Part shown: positions 1-10,548 of the stretch, in pieces
How the letters are laid out: each line of letters begins with the position of its first letter
How positions within the stretch are numbered: the first letter of the stretch is position 1
Assembly: GCA_024279255.1 (NCBI GenBank)
Contig: JAJRRT010000009.1
Span: forward strand, 2,670-66,669
Origin: Deltaproteobacteria bacterium
GTDB taxonomy: Bacteria > Desulfobacterota > Desulfuromonadia > Desulfuromonadales > Geopsychrobacteraceae
Length of the DNA stretch: 64,000 nucleotides
Direction of reading: 5' to 3'
The notes under the pieces: generated by a model
What the model was told of the DNA's origin: nothing
Databases searched by the model: none
Seen by the model: only the letters and a program-made list of their open reading frames with translations
Program-made: the position numbers and the translations under genes

Positions 1-2
1 TT

Positions 3-122
3 CAGTACCCAACTTCATTTATTGTGGACCGCAACGGAATTGTCGTAAAGAAGCTGGTCGGTGCTGTTCACTGGATGGGCGGTGACATCTATAACCTCCT
101 TCACTTCATGCTCAAAGGCTGA
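3..122 (+). CDS. 3' end of TlpA/ResA-family thioredoxin-like protein (starts before the window)
   Basis: Frame from 3 reads QYPTSFIVDRNGIVVKKLVGAVHWMGGDIYNLLHFMLKG*, a typical TlpA C-terminus (PTSFIVDRNG..VG); lies directly upstream of ccdA. Confidence 0.75.
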   Translation, partial: QYPTSFIVDRNGIVVKKLVGAVHWMGGDIYNLLHFMLKG

Positions 123-128
123 CAAGTT

Positions 129-884
129 ATGCAGGCTGCTACCGATATCACTCTCTGGGTTGCTTTTTATGCCGGTGTTCTCTCCTTTTTCTCCCCCTGC
201 GTCCTACCGCTAATTCCTAGTTATCTTACTTACATTTCCGGTCTTTCTTTCGGCCAGCTGAGCGAAGCTCATCCTGGGGCGAAGGTACGTATGACCATCA
301 TCGCGCATTCGTTAGTCTTCATCGCCGGGTTTTCGTTGGTCTTTATCACACTTGGGGCATTGGCCGGGATGGCATCAACGACCTCTCAGTTGCACCTGCG
401 CGAAGGCTTGGGATGGCTACAAAAAATAGGTGGCGTCCGGATCTTCCTGTTTGGTGTTCATTTGAGCGGTCTGTTCCATTTTGGAGTTCTACTCGGTGAA
501 CATCGCTTTCATCTGCGTAACAAACCCACCGGATTTATTGGTACTTTGATTGTTGGTGTAGCATTCGCCGCAGGCTGGACTCCCTGTATTGGTCCTATTC
601 TTGGGACGATTCTTGCGATTGCCGCCAGCAGTTCTACGGGCGGTGCCGGTCGTGGGGTTTTGCTGCTTGCGGTTTATTCTGCTGGGCTTGGCCTGCCCTT
701 TCTGATTGCTTCGGGTTTGTTCCACTGGTTTCTTAATTTTTTTAATCGTTTCAAGAAACATATCCGCATGGTTGAAATTTTCACAGGGGCTCTGTTGATG
801 TTGGTCGGTGTAATGCTCTTTTTAGACCTGTTTTCTCGCATGAGCAGCTTTCTTTATCGTTATCTGCCGTCATCCTTCGGCTAA
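129..884 (+). CDS. ccdA: Cytochrome c biogenesis protein CcdA (DsbD transmembrane domain)
   Basis: SFFSPCVLPLIP and AAGWTPCIGPILG motifs; about 6 hydrophobic helices. Confidence 0.93.
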   Translation: MQAATDITLWVAFYAGVLSFFSPCVLPLIPSYLTYISGLSFGQLSEAHPGAKVRMTIIAHSLVFIAGFSLVFITLGALAGMASTTSQLHLREGLGWLQKIGGVRIFLFGVHLSGLFHFGVLLGEHRFHLRNKPTGFIGTLIVGVAFAAGWTPCIGPILGTILAIAASSSTGGAGRGVLLLAVYSAGLGLPFLIASGLFHWFLNFFNRFKKHIRMVEIFTGALLMLVGVMLFLDLFSRMSSFLYRYLPSSFG

Positions 885-914
885 TTTCTCCCGTCCTTTT
901 GTACGAGATACTCC

Positions 915-943
915 TTGACAAAGGGCTATCTCATCTATAAATT
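915..943 (+). promoter_or_regulatory. Sigma70 promoter of the fur-feoB operon
   Basis: TTGACA (915-920), 17-nt spacer, TAAATT (938-943). Confidence 0.65.
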
Positions 944-959
944 GAAATCCGTTTTCAAT
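941..959. promoter_or_regulatory. Fur-type operator overlapping the -10 box
   Basis: Palindrome ATTGAAA-tccgt-TTTCAAT; the inner 17 bp match the deltaproteobacterial Fur consensus WTGAAAATNATTTTCAW (recalled) at 14/17. Confidence 0.7.
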
Positions 960-993
960 ATCGTATCAAGATGACCGCTGCGGAGTTGTTTGA

Positions 994-1443
994 GTGAAAA
1001 AACCTGAAGAACAGTTTCTTGATTATCTGGCACGTAAAAGGCTAAAAAATACCAGTCAGAGAATGACCATTCTTAGCGCCTTTCTCCGTCAAAAGGCACA
1101 TCTGTCTACCGAAGAGTTCTATCTGCAACTGCGTAAAAAACACCCGGGAATAGGATATGCGACAGTTCACCGGACCCTTAAACTGTTTGCTGAATGCGGT
1201 ATTGCTTCTGAACGTAATTTTGGCGATGGTCAAATGCGTTTTGAGGTGAGTCTAGGTAACGAACATCACGACCACCTGGTCTGCACCAGCTGTGGCCAGA
1301 TTTTAGAATTTGAAAATCAGCAGATAGAGCAGTTACAAGTTGATGTTGCTAAAACCCACAATTTTATTATTGAAGATCACCGTCTTGAACTCTACGGCCT
1401 CTGTAGCGCCTGTCACAGCACTGGTCAACAGTCGGTTTCTTAA
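994..1443 (+). CDS. fur: Ferric uptake regulator (GTG start)
   Basis: TSQR..IL, ATVHRTLKL, HHDHLVCTSCG and C-terminal CSAC motifs. Confidence 0.93.
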   Translation: MKKPEEQFLDYLARKRLKNTSQRMTILSAFLRQKAHLSTEEFYLQLRKKHPGIGYATVHRTLKLFAECGIASERNFGDGQMRFEVSLGNEHHDHLVCTSCGQILEFENQQIEQLQVDVAKTHNFIIEDHRLELYGLCSACHSTGQQSVS

Positions 1444-1460
1444 GGAATCTCCCGCTCACT

Positions 1461-3413
1461 ATGCATGATGAAGTTACTCAACCCAAGATCGTTCTGATCG
1501 GTAACCCCAACGTTGGCAAGAGCGTTCTGTTTAATGTTCTGACCGGTTCTTACACGACAGTCTCTAATTATCCAGGAACCTCGGTCGAGGTCTCCAGGGG
1601 GCGCTGTCGAATAGCCGATCGCACCTACGAAGTTCTCGATACACCTGGGATGTATTCGTTAATGCCGATCACCGAAGAGGAGCGGGTCGCCCGTAAAATT
1701 CTTCTGGATGATCGTCCACATATCCTGCTGCATGTCGTTGACGCACGCAATATCGAACGAATGTTGCCGATGACCTTGCAGCTTATCGAGGCTGGCCAAC
1801 CACTGATTCTTGTGGTTAATATTCTCGATGAAGCTGAGCGTCTCGGCATGAAGTTCGATCTGCCACAACTTCAAAAAAACTTAGGTATCCCTGTTGTCGG
1901 GACGGTCATGAAGCGTCGTCAGGGTCTTGATGATCTACAACGGATCATATCAAGTTATCAGGGCCCGCCGCCGCCAGCAGAACCCTACGCGGCGGACCTG
2001 GAGGCCGATATTGTCAGGCTTGCAGGTTTTTTGACTGCTGAATATCCACTTGGTGCCCGAGCCACTGCGATCTTGTTAATGCAGCGAGACCAGGAAGTTG
2101 AGGAGTTGGTGCAACGTGAGGAGGGAGATGGATTCCCGTTAATTGCGCCGGTTCTGCATTCGATCAAGTTTAGTCGCCGCGCTGATCTTAATCTGCAGAT
2201 CAGTCTTGAGCGCAAGCGCCATACTCGTAAAATGTTGGATGGCGCTCTGAGTCAAGAGGTTGCCGATCAGCTACCATTCAGCGAACGGTTATCACGTCTG
2301 GCGATGAATCCGATCACTGGTGTGCCGCTGCTACTGCTGGTCTTGTATTTTGGTCTTTATCAGTTTGTCGGTAATTTTGGCGCCGGGATACTGGTCGATT
2401 TTCTGGAAGGAACTCTGTTTGAAGAGTATATCAACCCAGCAGCGATCAGTTTTCTGAATGGACTAACAGACACTTACTGGCTGCGAGAGCTTCTGGCAGG
2501 AGAATATGGGCTTTGGACGCTGGGGGTGCGCTATGCTATTGCTCTGATTCTGCCGATTGTTGGCACCTTTTTTCTGGTTTTTTCGATACTTGAAGATACC
2601 GGTTATTTTCCACGACTGGCGATGTTGGTCGATCGCGTCTTCAAGCAAATTGGTCTCTCCGGTCGCGCAGTTATCCCGATGGTATTGGGGTTTGGGTGCG
2701 ATACCATGGCGACCATGGTTACGCGAACCCTCGAAACTAAGCGCGAGCGGGTCATTGCCACGATTCTTTTGGCGCTGGCGATCCCCTGTAGCGCCCAACT
2801 GGGAGTAATTCTTGGGCTGCTCTCTGTCGTTCCCGGATCCTTGATGGTCTGGTTGCTGGTCATGATTGGAGTCTTCCTGTTGATCGGATTCCTTTCTGCA
2901 AAGGTATTACCCGGAGATAATCCGGTTTTTTATATGGAAATCCCGCCAATGCGCCTGCCGCAATTGCGTAATGTGCTGGTGAAGACTCTGACTCGGATGC
3001 AGTCGTATTTTTTAGAAATTCTGCCACTTTTTCTGGTGGCATCCGTAATTCTCTGGGCCGGAAAGATGAGCGGTCTTCTCGATGTTGTCGTTGAGGGTAT
3101 GACGCCGGTCGTCACGGCACTCGGTCTGCCACCTCAGGCTTCTGCTGCATTTATTTTTGGCTTTTTCCGTCGCGACTTTGGAGCCGCAGGGCTCTATGAT
3201 CTGCAGACTGCAGGGCTGCTCTCGCCCACTCAGTTAACTGTGGCTGCGGTAACCCTGACTCTTTTTGTCCCCTGTATCGCTCAATTGTTAATGATGAAAA
3301 AGGAACGTGGTCTGAAAACGGCCCTGGCAATCTTCTTTTTCGTTTCACTGCTGGCCTTTTCTACCGGTTGGGCGCTGAATAAGTTTCTGCTGACGACCGG
3401 GATTCTGTCATGA
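1461..3413 (+). CDS. feoB: Ferrous iron transporter FeoB
   Basis: GNPNVGKS, NYPGTS and DTPG G-motifs; membrane part with GFGC and PCSAQLG gate motifs. Confidence 0.95.
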   Translation: MHDEVTQPKIVLIGNPNVGKSVLFNVLTGSYTTVSNYPGTSVEVSRGRCRIADRTYEVLDTPGMYSLMPITEEERVARKILLDDRPHILLHVVDARNIERMLPMTLQLIEAGQPLILVVNILDEAERLGMKFDLPQLQKNLGIPVVGTVMKRRQGLDDLQRIISSYQGPPPPAEPYAADLEADIVRLAGFLTAEYPLGARATAILLMQRDQEVEELVQREEGDGFPLIAPVLHSIKFSRRADLNLQISLERKRHTRKMLDGALSQEVADQLPFSERLSRLAMNPITGVPLLLLVLYFGLYQFVGNFGAGILVDFLEGTLFEEYINPAAISFLNGLTDTYWLRELLAGEYGLWTLGVRYAIALILPIVGTFFLVFSILEDTGYFPRLAMLVDRVFKQIGLSGRAVIPMVLGFGCDTMATMVTRTLETKRERVIATILLALAIPCSAQLGVILGLLSVVPGSLMVWLLVMIGVFLLIGFLSAKVLPGDNPVFYMEIPPMRLPQLRNVLVKTLTRMQSYFLEILPLFLVASVILWAGKMSGLLDVVVEGMTPVVTALGLPPQASAAFIFGFFRRDFGAAGLYDLQTAGLLSPTQLTVAAVTLTLFVPCIAQLLMMKKERGLKTALAIFFFVSLLAFSTGWALNKFLLTTGILS

Positions 3414-3586
3414 TCTGTGGGTTTTGCAGTAAAGAAATCCCGGATGAGGTCGGTTTAAATTCATGCGGTGGTTGCGGCAGTCGTTGTCGCAAGATACATT
3501 GTCCTTATTGTGGTTACGCGAATCCAGCGCCGGGGAAATTGCTAGGGCGCCTGCTGCAGCCAAAAAAGAAGAAGGAAGAGAGTTAA
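3410..3586 (+). CDS. 58-aa Cys-rich protein (not in ORF track)
   Basis: MICGFCSKEIPDEVGLNSCGGCGSRCRKIHCPYCGYANPAPGKLLGRLLQPKKKKEES*; ATGA overlap with the feoB stop and TAATG overlap with the next start. Confidence 0.85.
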   Translation: MICGFCSKEIPDEVGLNSCGGCGSRCRKIHCPYCGYANPAPGKLLGRLLQPKKKKEES

Positions 3587-4239
3587 TGGAAAAGCTGACT
3601 CCCCATGCCGAAGAAATTTTGGAATCTTTATGGATTGCCACTGTTGAAGAGAAAGCGGTTGGTTGTCTGTTGAGCGACCTCGATCTCGGCCCTAACGATG
3701 AGGCCTTGTCTGAACTTGTCAGGTTGGCTTATGTCGAGAAACGTGGAGATCGACTCTCCCTGCGGAAAGAAGGACGTCCCGAAGCCGAGATGACTGTGCG
3801 TCGGCATCGTCTGGCAGAGCGTTTGATGATGGATATCCTGAATATTCAGGGTGAAAAGGGAAACGACCAGGCCTGTGAATTTGAGCATCTCCTCCACGAA
3901 GGTGTCGATACCAAGATCTGTACCCTCTTGAATCATCCGACAACCTGCCCTCACGGTAAACCGATTCCACCCGGAACCTGCTGTGAAGAGGCTCGCAGTA
4001 AGGGCGAATTCGGAGTCGTGCCCTTAACTGAGCTGAAAGCTGGGCAATCAGGCGAAATTGCTTACCTTGCTATAAGTGATGGGCAGAAGATGCAGAAATT
4101 GATGAGTATGGGAGTCTTGCCGGGCAATCAACTTGAACTGGTGCAACGTTTCCCCAGTTATGTTTTTAAAGTTGGTAACAGCCAGTTTGCGGTTGATGAT
4201 ATGCTGGCGCGCGAAATCCATATCCGCGACCTGCGCTGA
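3586..4239 (+). CDS. DtxR/IdeR-family metal-dependent regulator with C-terminal FeoA domain; true start 3586, not 3463
   Basis: RRHRLAERL, ACEFEH and LNHPTTCPHGKPIP motifs; FeoA-like PLTELKAG..KLMSMGVLPG; start coupled to the upstream stop. Confidence 0.88.
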   Translation: MEKLTPHAEEILESLWIATVEEKAVGCLLSDLDLGPNDEALSELVRLAYVEKRGDRLSLRKEGRPEAEMTVRRHRLAERLMMDILNIQGEKGNDQACEFEHLLHEGVDTKICTLLNHPTTCPHGKPIPPGTCCEEARSKGEFGVVPLTELKAGQSGEIAYLAISDGQKMQKLMSMGVLPGNQLELVQRFPSYVFKVGNSQFAVDDMLAREIHIRDLR

Positions 4240-4267
4240 CCTCCATAAATTCTAACAATTTCGCTAC

Positions 4268-4296
4268 TTGAGTCGGCCAGACTTTTTATATATAAT
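4268..4296 (+). promoter_or_regulatory. Sigma70 promoter of prfB
   Basis: TTGAGT, 17 nt, TATAAT. Confidence 0.65.
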
Positions 4297-4378
4297 CGCC
4301 GCCTCAAACCACTCAATGCCGCCCCATCCGCCCGCTGTGGCAGATGGGGCGGTCACATAACCAAAGCAGGAGTTTTAC

Positions 4379-5477
4379 ATGTTCCGTGAACCCAAAGAAT
4401 CCGTTAAAGAACTGCAGGAAAAACTTGCCGAGCTTTGGAGGTATCTTTGACGTTCCTGCCAAGAAGGAACGTGTTTTAGAGTTAGAGGCTGAAATTGCTC
4501 GTCCAGGTTTCTGGGATACGGGGGATAAGGCACAGGACCTGTTGCGTGAACGGACCGGCTTGCAAAAGATTGTTGAAACTTGTGAAGAGGTTCGTCAACA
4601 ACTAGAGGATGTAGCGGTTTTGATCGAGATGGGGGAAGAAGCCGAAGATCAGGATTTGCTTGACGAGTTAAATGAGCAGTTGCCGTTGGTGGCACGGCAG
4701 ATCGAACAGATGGAATTTGCCCGGATGCTCTCAGGCCCGCATGATGCCAGTTGTGCCACACTGAGTATCAACGCTGGTGCAGGTGGTACCGAGGCGCAGG
4801 ATTGGGCCGAGATGCTGTTGCGGATGTATTTGCGCTACTGCGAACGCAAAGGCTTCAAGACTGAAATGACCGAGTATCAGGCAGGAGACGATGCTGGGCT
4901 CAAGAGCGCGACCTTCAGTGTCATTGGTGATTTCGCTTACGGTTATCTGCGTGCTGAAAACGGCATCCACCGCCTGGTTCGTATTTCGCCTTATGATTCA
5001 AGTGCTCGTCGTCATACTTCGTTCAGTTCGGTCTTTGTTTTTCCAGAGCTGGATGATTCGATTGAAATCGAAATTGATGACAAAGATATCAAGGTCGATA
5101 CTTTCAGGGCCAGTGGCGCGGGTGGGCAGCATATCAATAAGACCGATTCCGCGATCCGGATTACTCATATCCCAAGCGGGGTTGTCGTTGCCTGTCAGAA
5201 TGAGCGCAGTCAGCACAAGAACCGTGCAACTGCAATGAAGCAGTTGAAATCACGCCTTTATGATTTGGAGATGCGTAAAAAAGAAGAGGAGGCAGCGGCC
5301 TTCTCCGAGGACAAAAAAGAGATCGGTTGGGGGAGCCAAATACGCAGTTATGTGTTGCACCCCTATCGAATGGTTAAAGATCATCGAACAAGCTTTGAAG
5401 TCGGCAACACCGATGCGGTACTCGATGGTGATCTCGATGGTTTTATCGAGGCTTACTTGTTAACTGAAAAAGAATGA
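4379..5477 (+). CDS. prfB: Peptide chain release factor 2 with programmed +1 frameshift, join(4379..4447,4449..5477)
   Basis: ATG 4379 after AGGAG reads MFREPKESVKELQEKLAELWRYL, then GGAGGTAT CTT TGA C (internal SD plus slippery site); +1 frame has the GGQ and SPY motifs. Confidence 0.96.
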
Positions 5478-5478
5478 C

Positions 5479-5518
5479 AAAATGGCCCTGGCGGGATATG
5501 ACCGCCGGGGCCATTTTT
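5479..5518 (+). terminator. Intrinsic terminator after prfB
   Basis: AAAATGGCCCTGGCGG/CCGCCGGGGCCATTTTT stem followed by a T tract. Confidence 0.8.
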
Positions 5519-5564
5519 AAATTTGTTTCCATATTGAAAACCGCTGGATCTCATTGGGGATTCC

Positions 5565-5593
5565 TTGACGGGGGAGACCGTTTCGGCTACATT
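5565..5593 (+). promoter_or_regulatory. Sigma70 promoter of guaBA
   Basis: TTGACG, 17 nt, TACATT. Confidence 0.6.
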
Positions 5594-5646
5594 CGCTGGT
5601 TAAAAATTGGGCCTGATCAATCAGGTACGCAAGCATAAGGAGATAG

Positions 5647-7118
<1,472 letters not shown>

Positions 7119-7119
<1 letters not shown>

Positions 7120-8678
7120 TGACAGATATTCATAACGAAAAGATTCTGATTCTCGATTTTGGTTCTCAGTACACCCAACTGATTGCGCGTCGTGTGCGTG
7201 AAGCTCATGTTTACTGCGAGCTGCATCCCTTTGATATGTCTCTTGAGAAGATCAAGGCATTTGCACCCAAAGGGATCATTCTTTCGGGTGGGCCCATGTC
7301 TGTTTATGAAGATGGGGCGCCAGAAATCGAAGAGGAACTTTTTGAGTTGGGTGTGCCGGTTTTTGCTATCTGCTACGGCATGCAACTGATGAGTCGTCAT
7401 TTCGGTGGTGAGGTCGTTCCGGCTGGTAAACGCGAGTTCGGCCATGCTGATCTACACGCCGAAGGAGGCCCCGGCTCAATCTTTGATGGTTTCTTTGTCG
7501 ACGGACATTCTCCGGTCTGGATGAGTCATGGCGATCATGTTGAAACCATGCCGCAGGGCTTTGAGACCGTTGCGCGTACCGATAACGCTCCGGTTTGCGC
7601 AATTCAGAACGTGGAACGTAATCTCTACGGGGTTCAGTTCCATCCCGAGGTTAATCACACCCCACGCGGTGAAGTGTTGATCGATACCTTTGTTCGCCAC
7701 ATCTGTGGCTGCAACGGTCACTGGACACCCGGCAAGATCATCGAGGACGCTATTACGCGGATTCGTGAGCAGGTCGGTAATGAAGAAGTCATCCTTGGTC
7801 TGTCGGGCGGGGTCGATTCGTCAGTCGCTGCTGCGTTGATCCATCGCGCTATCGGTGATCAGTTGACCTGTGTCTTCGTTGATAACGGTCTGTTGCGTCT
7901 CGGTGAAGGCGATCAGGTGATGTCGACCTTTGGCGAGAGCCTCGGGGTTAAAGTGATCAGGGTTGATGCTGAAGACCGTTTTTTGGACGGGCTGGCAGGT
8001 GAGACCGACCCTGAAAAGAAACGCAAGATTATCGGCGGGCTGTTCGTCGATATCTTCGAGGAAGAATCCAAGCACCTGGCTAATGCCCAGTGGCTGGCGC
8101 AGGGGACGATCTATCCTGATGTGATTGAGTCGGCCGGAGGCAAGACCGGTAAGGCGCACAACATCAAGAGCCATCACAATGTTGGGGGCCTGCCTGATTA
8201 TATGACCCTCAAACTGCTTGAACCCTTGCGCGAGATGTTTAAAGACGAGGTTCGTGCGGTTGGCGAAGAGCTCGGCCTGCCGCATCGCATGGTGTGGCGT
8301 CATCCCTTTCCGGGGCCAGGCCTTGGGGTGCGGATTCTCGGCGAAGTGAAAAAGGAATACTGCGATATCCTGCGTCAGGCAGATGCGATCTATATCGAAG
8401 AACTCTACGCCAGTGGTCACTACGACAAGATCAGTCAGGCCTTTGCGGTCTTTCTGCCGGTCAAGAGCGTCGGTGTCATGGGTGACGGCAGAACTTATGA
8501 ATATGTCGTGGCTTTACGCGCAGTTGAAACCAAAGATTTCATGACTGCGGGTTGGTACCCAATGCCCTACGAAGATCTGTCGCACATCAGTGGGCGGATT
8601 ATTAACGAGGTTAAGGGTATTAATCGCGTGACCTACGATATTTCGAGTAAGCCCCCTGCGACGATTGAGTGGGAGTAA
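7119..8678 (+). CDS. guaA: GMP synthase (glutamine-hydrolysing)
   Basis: [42 protein letters not shown]; TGATG overlap with guaB. Confidence 0.98.
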
Positions 8679-8710
8679 AGGCAGGGTTGAGGTGTCAAAA
8701 TAAGTGTTGA

Positions 8711-8748
8711 GAAGGGCCGCTGGTTGTTACTAGCGGCCTTTCTTTATT
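8711..8748 (+). terminator. Intrinsic terminator after guaA
   Basis: AAGGGCCGCT/AGCGGCCTT hairpin followed by TCTTTATT. Confidence 0.75.
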
Positions 8749-8845
8749 GTTGAAATTGAAACCTGAATACTTGTTTAGTTTTTACAGACATTTCAATTCT
8801 TTCAAAATTTAAAATCTTCTCGATGGCTCTGTCGCTGTAGAGTTC

Positions 8846-9643
8846 TTATCCATTCAATGTGTTGAGGTGAGGATAGATGATGTCGGTGCCGCACTGGAGT
8901 GTTTCGAGGTATTTCAGCGCTGCGGTTATATCGGGAGAGTCGATAATCGAGCCATGTTGCGGCAAAATGGCGTTGATCTGCAGCGGCCGTAGTTTTTCCA
9001 CAAATCCCCGACAGGCGATATTTGAAGCCATGTACCCTTTGTGAAAAATATCAAGATCTTCCAGGTGTGCCTCGAAGTTTTCAACCACCAATCGCCATTT
9101 CAGCTGAACTGCAGCCCAGACGTCGCCAGAAAAAAGAAAGCCACTCTTTTCATCGTAGCTGGCAAAAGCGCCGGCAAAATGAAGAAAGGGTGCTTGGATA
9201 AACTGGATCTTGTGACCGTTTGAAAAGGTGACTGAGGGATCGACAGAGATGTCGTGCCAGTTGTATTCGCCATTGCCATAGTAGGGAAGCAGGGTGTGGG
9301 TTCGCGGTGTTGTCAGAATTGGAAGGCCAGGGTTTAGCTGCAGCCAGTCGACTATCGAAGCTGCTACGTCGGGGTCCTGATGGCAAAGGACAAGCCCTAA
9401 AATTTGATTTGGATCGATGATCTGCTTGACTCGTTCAAGGACTTTAGCGAAATAAGCGCGATGTCCAGGATCGAAAAGCAGGGCCTGATCTCCAGATTTT
9501 AACAGATAAGTATTGCTGCGAAAAGCGGTATGCTCAGGGATCCCCAACCAATAAACCTGATGGTTCTCATGATTATAGAGTAGAACCGGGTGGCTCGTAT
9601 CAGGGTTTAATTCTCGGTGAGCTGAAATCCAATTCCCACTCAT
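8846..9643 (-). CDS. Metallo-beta-lactamase-fold di-iron protein (ODP/FprA-N-like)
   Basis: N-YL..DPG, CHQDPD, APFLHF, FSGD and PQHG metal-ligand motifs; 265 aa with no flavodoxin domain. Confidence 0.8.
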   Translation of the reverse strand: MSGNWISAHRELNPDTSHPVLLYNHENHQVYWLGIPEHTAFRSNTYLLKSGDQALLFDPGHRAYFAKVLERVKQIIDPNQILGLVLCHQDPDVAASIVDWLQLNPGLPILTTPRTHTLLPYYGNGEYNWHDISVDPSVTFSNGHKIQFIQAPFLHFAGAFASYDEKSGFLFSGDVWAAVQLKWRLVVENFEAHLEDLDIFHKGYMASNIACRGFVEKLRPLQINAILPQHGSIIDSPDITAALKYLETLQCGTDIIYPHLNTLNG

Positions 9644-9889
9644 GTTATACCCTCCATAGCTTTTGATCCCGTATTTATCAGGCTGTAGCGACCAATATTT
9701 CTACGCAATTATAACAGTCTGATGTGATATTTCAGATACATGACAGGGTGCCATGCGTCTAGCAATGGTTGCCAACGTCGATTGACTTTGACTGCGAGCC
9801 TTTTAAGCTTGTTATAACAGGTTGTTGAACTGTGCCGGGTGGTGAACGGTTTCTCTGCGCTTGCTGGCACTCCAGAGAGAGGAGAAACG

Positions 9890-10363
9890 ATGCAAAACTA
9901 CATACAGCTGTTTGAAGAGGGTTTGTTTAAAGGGTTGGCTCCAGATGAGGCCGAGGCGTTTGTCAATCGCTGTGAAAAAAAGGTCTATCCGGATCAGACG
10001 TTACTGTTCAAAGAGATGACCGAAGCAACTTCACTCTACCTGCTGCTCGATGGAGAGGTAGAACTCAGATTTGAAATGTTGGCGCAGAAAGGGGAGGGTG
10101 TTCTGGCAATCCGCAAACCGGGAGATGCAATTGGTTGGTCATCCCTGGTGCCGCCCTATCAATACACGTTTTCTGGGGTATGCAGGGGTGAAGTTACTGT
10201 GCTGCAGATCAGTCGAGGCACAATGCAGGCCGTTTTCGCTAATAATTATCACCTTGGATACATTTTTATGCGTAATATCGCCGTTCTCTCTGGAGACCGA
10301 TTGCTCAGGGTGCAGGACAAGCTCGCTAAGGTTTTGGGTGATGAGGCTGTTACTGGCTGGTAG
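9890..10363 (+). CDS. Stand-alone cyclic-nucleotide-binding-domain protein (no HTH); start 9890
   Basis: LFKE..A.SLYLLLDGEVEL..PGDAIGWSSLVPPYQYTFS pattern; AGAGGAGA RBS before 9890. Confidence 0.78.
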   Translation: MQNYIQLFEEGLFKGLAPDEAEAFVNRCEKKVYPDQTLLFKEMTEATSLYLLLDGEVELRFEMLAQKGEGVLAIRKPGDAIGWSSLVPPYQYTFSGVCRGEVTVLQISRGTMQAVFANNYHLGYIFMRNIAVLSGDRLLRVQDKLAKVLGDEAVTGW

Positions 10364-10466
10364 CTCTTAAATGCCTGGAAGCTGTTATCAACATCTGCCA
10401 TTCAGGCACATTGTATTCTCTGCCCGATGCAGATCAGTTGCTACTGAATATAAGGATGATTTACCG

Positions 10467-10500
10467 GAGGTTGGCTGCTAGTTGTAGCCCACCTCTTTTT
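10467..10500 (+). terminator. Probable terminator between the convergent cNMP gene and ilvY
   Basis: GAGGTTGGCT/AGCCCACCTC stem followed by TTTTT. Confidence 0.65.
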
Positions 10501-10548
10501 GCTCTTTGTCACTGCTCGTAGACTTTCGGCCCTACTACGATCGGAGTG

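Noticed and set aside
3463-3585. N-terminal extension of the DtxR ORF in the track
   Set aside because: It overlaps the coupled 58-aa Cys-rich gene; ATG 3586 gives a normal DtxR N-terminus
4344-4448. ORF-track N-terminus of RF2
   Set aside because: Out-of-frame sequence upstream of the programmed frameshift; it begins inside a leader hairpin
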